A stretch of DNA of 64,000 bases from an uncultured Actinomycetes bacterium (GTDB lineage Bacteria; Actinomycetota; UBA4738; HRBIN12): the NCBI GenBank assembly GCA_963710985.1, contig CAVQCI010000007.1, forward strand, positions 401,240 to 465,239. The letters run 5' to 3'. Made by a program: the position numbers and the translations under genes. Shown piece after piece: positions 59,491-64,000 of the stretch (positions are counted from its first letter, which is position 1; every line of letters begins with the position of its first letter). The notes beneath the pieces are model-generated. The model had not been told where the DNA came from. It saw only the letters and a list, made by a program, of their open reading frames with translations, and made no database searches.

Positions 59491-60117
59491 GCCGCCACCC
59501 CCTCGAGCGCGTCCAGCGCCTCGGTCGTGACGAGCACGCGGTCGGCGAGCAGCAGGTCGTAGGTGCCGAGCCCTCCGGCGTAGGCGATCTTGACGTACGC
59601 CAGGTTTCGGAAGGACTTCTCGACCGCGCCGCTCGGCGTGGGCTCCTTCAGCACGACGAGGACCCGCCCGTCGAGCTCGAGCGCGTCGAGGAGCTCGACC
59701 GCGGCCTTCGTCTTGGGCTCGTCGAACGACAGGCCCTGGACCACCGCGAGCTTGCCGCTCACGCAGCGCGTCGGTGAGCGCCGAACGCAGCGCGCCGCGC
59801 TTCATCTTCTTGTTGACGCGCATCGAGTGGTCGCGCGGCACCGGCCCGTGGGCCACGCCGCCGCCGGCCCACTGCGGGGAGCGGATCGAGCCCTGGCGGG
59901 CCCGCCCGGTGCCCTTCTGGCGCCACGGCTTCTTCCCGCCCCCGGCGACCTCGGCGCGCGTCTTCGCGCTGTGCGTGCCGGCGCGGATCCCGGCGAGCCC
60001 GGCCACGACGACCTGGTGCATCAGCGGCACGTTCAGCTCGCAGGCGAACAGCTCGTCGGAGAGCTCGCGCGTGGCGGCCTTCGTACCGGCGGGGTCGAAC
60101 ACGTCGATCGTCGCCAC
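59487..60117 (-). pseudogene. rplD: 50S ribosomal protein L4, frame broken by one extra base
   Basis: GTG 60117. ...[34 protein letters not shown]...[15 protein letters not shown] is in frame 1. [26 protein letters not shown]...[11 protein letters not shown] is in frame 2. The junction is near 59757. Length is 631 nt (3n+1). As given, the L4 N-terminus runs through junk sequence into L23, forming a 305-aa ORF. Confidence 0.9.
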
Positions 60118-60118
60118 G

Positions 60119-60770
60119 TCAGGCCCCCTTCTTCGCCGGCGACTTGACCGCCGAACGCACCATCAGCAGGCCCCCGTTCGGGTCCGGGGACCGCGCCCTT
60201 GATCAGCAGCAGGCCGCGCTCGGGGTCGGAGGAGACCACCTCGAGGTTCAGCACGGTGACGCGCTGGTTCCCGAACTGGCCCGCCATGCGCATGCCCTTG
60301 AACACGCGGCTGGGCGTGGCGCACGCGCCGATCGAACCGGGCGAGCGGTGCTTGCGCTTGACGCCGTGGCTCGCTCGCAGGCCGGAGAACCCGTGGCGCT
60401 TCATCACGCCGCTGAAACCCTTGCCCTTCGACACGCCGACCACGTCGACCTTGTCGCCGATCGCGAACACGTCGGCCCTCAGCTCCTGGCCGGGCTCGTA
60501 GGTGCCGGCGTCGTCGGTGCGGAGCTCGACGAGGTGGCGCATCGGCTCGGCCCCTGCCTTGTCGAAGTGGCCCTGGGAGGGCTTGTTCACGTGCCGGGGC
60601 AGCTGGCCGTAGGCGAGCTGCACGGCGTCGTAGCCGTCCACGGCCTCGCTCCGCACCTGCGCGACCACGCACGGTCCGGCCTTGATCACCGTGACCGGCA
60701 CGGCGCGCGTCTCGACGAAGATCTGGGTCATCCCCAGCTTCTCGCCCACGATCCCTTTGACGTCGGTCAT
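60119..60770 (-). pseudogene. rplC: 50S ribosomal protein L3, frame broken near the 3' end by one extra base
   Basis: [18 protein letters not shown]...[11 protein letters not shown] is followed by the expected C-terminus [17 protein letters not shown]-stop, which is readable only in the next frame. The junction is within 60171-60180 and includes a C5 run on the plus strand. Length is 652 nt (3n+1). Confidence 0.9.
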
Positions 60771-60771
60771 C

Positions 60772-61080
60772 TCAGAGCTTGATCTCGATGTCGACCCCGG
60801 CCGACAGGTTCAGGCGCTGGAGCTCCTGGACCGTCTTGGAGGTGGCGTCCACGATGTCGATCAACCGCTTGTGCGTGAGCATCTGGAAGTGCTCGCGCGA
60901 GTCCTTGTACTTGTGCGGGGAGCGGATGACCGTGTAGATGTTGCGCTCGGTCGGCAGCGGCACCGGGCCGACGACCTTCGCCCCGGTGCGCTGGACGTGC
61001 TCGACGATGTCGCGCGCGGCGACGTCCAGCATCCGGTGGTCGTAGGCCCGGAGCTTGATGCGGATCTTGGGTCCTGCCAT
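60772..61080 (-). CDS. rpsJ: 30S ribosomal protein S10
   Basis: 102 aa. [19 protein letters not shown]... Confidence 0.95.
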   Translation of the reverse strand: MAGPKIRIKLRAYDHRMLDVAARDIVEHVQRTGAKVVGPVPLPTERNIYTVIRSPHKYKDSREHFQMLTHKRLIDIVDATSKTVQELQRLNLSAGVDIEIKL

Positions 61081-61110
61081 CGAAGCGCTCTTTCCTCTTC
61101 CCTGTCGGCG

Positions 61111-62296
<1,186 letters not shown>

Positions 62297-62311
62297 CTCC
62301 GTGCTCCCCTC

Positions 62312-64000
62312 CTACTCGCCGGTCACCCGGGCGACGATCTCCTTGCTGATCTGCGGCGGCACCTCGTGGTAGGCGTGCAGCTGCATCGGGCTCGCGGCCG
62401 CGCGACCCTGCGTCTTGGAGCGCAGGTCGGTGACGTAGCCGAACAGCTCCGCCAGCGGGACCACCACGCGGATCACCTTGGTGCCGGCGCGGTCGTCGAT
62501 GTTCTCGATCCGCCCGCGGCGCGAGGTGACGTCGCCCATCACGTCGCCGAGGAACTCCTCCGGCGTCGTCACCTCGAACTCCATCACCGGCTCCAGCAGG
62601 ACCGGCGAGGCCTTGCGGGCCGCGTCCTTGAGCGCCATCGAGCCCGCGATCTTGAACGCCATCTCCGAGGAGTCGACCTCGTGGTAGGTGCCGTCGATCA
62701 GCGTGGCCCGCACGTCCACCAGCGGGTAGCCGGCGACGACGCCGTTGTCCATCGCCTCTTGGATCCCCTCGTCGACCGCCGGGATGTACTCGCGCGGGAT
62801 CGCCCCGCCCGTGACCCTGTTGACGAACTCGTAGCCGCCGCCGGCGCCGGTGGGCTCGAGGTCGATCACGACGTGGCCGTACTGGCCGCGCCCGCCCGTC
62901 TGGCGGACGAAGCGCATGTCCACCTTGTGGACCGGCTTCGTGATCGTCTCGCGGTAAGCGACCTGGGGCCTGCCGACGTTCGCGTCGACGTTGAACTCGC
63001 GCTTGAGCCGGTCGACGATGATGTCCAGGTGCAGCTCGCCCATCCCCGAGATCACGGTCTGCCCGGTCTCGTCGTCGTAGCGCACGACGAACGTCGGGTC
63101 CTCGTCGGCGAGCTTGGCCAGGCCGTTGCCGAGCTTGTCCTGGTCGGCCTTGGTCTTGGGCTCGACGGCGACGCTGATCACCGGCGTCGGGAACGAGATC
63201 GCCTCCAGCACGACCGGCTTGGCGGGGTCGCAGATCGTGTCGCCGGTGGTGGAGTGCTTCAGCCCGACCACCGCGACGATGTCGCCCGTGTAGGCCGCCT
63301 GCATGTCCTCGCGGTGGTTCGCGTGCATCTGCAGGATCCGGCCGATCCGCTCCTTGCGGTCCTTCGTGGCGTTCAGCACGTGCGAGCCGCTGTGCAGGAC
63401 GCCCGAGTAGACGCGCAGGTAGGTGAGCCGGCCCACGTACGGGTCGGACATGATCTTGAAGGCGAGCGCCGCGAACGGCTCGGTGTCGTCGGGCTTGCGC
63501 TCGACGTGGTCGTCCTCCTTCAGCGGGAGGTGGCCCTCCACCGGCGGCACGTCGACCGGGCTCGGCAGGTAATCGACGATCGCGTCGAGCACCAGCTGGA
63601 CGCCCTTGTTCTTGAAGGCGGAGCCGCAGAGCACCGGCACGCCGGCCCCGTCGAGCGTGGCCTTGCGGATCGCGCGCTTCAGCTCCTCGACCGTCGGCTC
63701 CTCGTCGCCGATGAACTTCTCCATCAGCGACTCGTCGTGGTCGGCGAGCTTCTCGAACAGCTCGTGGCGAGCGAGCCCGGCCGCCTCGGCGTAGGCCTCG
63801 GGGATCTCCGTGTCCTTCCACTCCTCGCCCATGTCGCCGTCCCAGTAGTGGGCGTTCATGTTCACGAGGTCGATGCAGCCGTGGAAATCGGACTCGGTGC
63901 CCCAGGGCAGCTGCAGCACGAGGGGGTTGGCCTGCAGGCGGTCGACCATCATCGCGACCGTGCGCTCGAAGTTCGCGCCGGTCCGGTCCATCTTGTTGAC
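62312..64000 (-). CDS. fusA: elongation factor G, C-terminal about 560 aa (gene continues past the right edge)
   Basis: The frame stays open to 64000 (..[15 protein letters not shown]...). Domains II-V are readable. Ends ...[12 protein letters not shown]. Confidence 0.95.
   Translation of the reverse strand, partial: VNKMDRTGANFERTVAMMVDRLQANPLVLQLPWGTESDFHGCIDLVNMNAHYWDGDMGEEWKDTEIPEAYAEAAGLARHELFEKLADHDESLMEKFIGDEEPTVEELKRAIRKATLDGAGVPVLCGSAFKNKGVQLVLDAIVDYLPSPVDVPPVEGHLPLKEDDHVERKPDDTEPFAALAFKIMSDPYVGRLTYLRVYSGVLHSGSHVLNATKDRKERIGRILQMHANHREDMQAAYTGDIVAVVGLKHSTTGDTICDPAKPVVLEAISFPTPVISVAVEPKTKADQDKLGNGLAKLADEDPTFVVRYDDETGQTVISGMGELHLDIIVDRLKREFNVDANVGRPQVAYRETITKPVHKVDMRFVRQTGGRGQYGHVVIDLEPTGAGGGYEFVNRVTGGAIPREYIPAVDEGIQEAMDNGVVAGYPLVDVRATLIDGTYHEVDSSEMAFKIAGSMALKDAARKASPVLLEPVMEFEVTTPEEFLGDVMGDVTSRRGRIENIDDRAGTKVIRVVVPLAELFGYVTDLRSKTQGRAAASPMQLHAYHEVPPQISKEIVARVTGE

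Overview
Very GC-rich, Actinomycetota-like chromosomal segment; third codon positions are almost all G/C, so every frame carries long spurious ORFs. From 21.5 kb to the right edge nearly everything is on the minus strand and is core housekeeping. It includes fusA (partial), tuf, and a complete S10-spc-alpha ribosomal super-operon (rpsJ to rplQ, with secY-adk-map-infA-rpmJ). Further left are truA, rplM-rpsI, glmM, glmS, acpS, nnr, alr and the t6A genes tsaE-tsaB-rimI-tsaD. groES-groEL sit at the left edge behind a perfect CIRCE operator. tsaD and groES are neighbours in model Actinobacteria, but here about 23 kb of accessory genes lie between them. The core of that block (3.0-19.8 kb) is a Wzy-type surface-glycan cluster. 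It has three PAPS-type sulfotransferases, two NPP/alkaline-phosphatase-fold paralogs, two Wzz-like paralogs, a Wzy/O-antigen-ligase-family protein and a priming sugar-phosphate transferase. It also has GT2, GT4, a CE4 deacetylase and an ATP-grasp enzyme. This is my best candidate for an undescribed system, a sulfated glycan pathway. There are two arsenic-type loci: arsR-permease-thioredoxin-like plus arsC at 37.3-39.3 kb, and arsR-arsM-small ORF at 42.3-43.6 kb. The second faces a 17-codon Cys-rich sORF. A major oddity: I infer 24 single-base frame-breaking indels, all between 28.6 and 61.8 kb and none in the first 28.6 kb. They hit tuf, rplC, rplD, rplR, secY, map, truA, alr and udg, among others. 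Eleven of them lie in one 1.45-kb hot spot. The repaired proteins are clean, so sequence error is more likely than gene decay. I saw no rRNA, tRNA, CRISPR, transposase or integrase.
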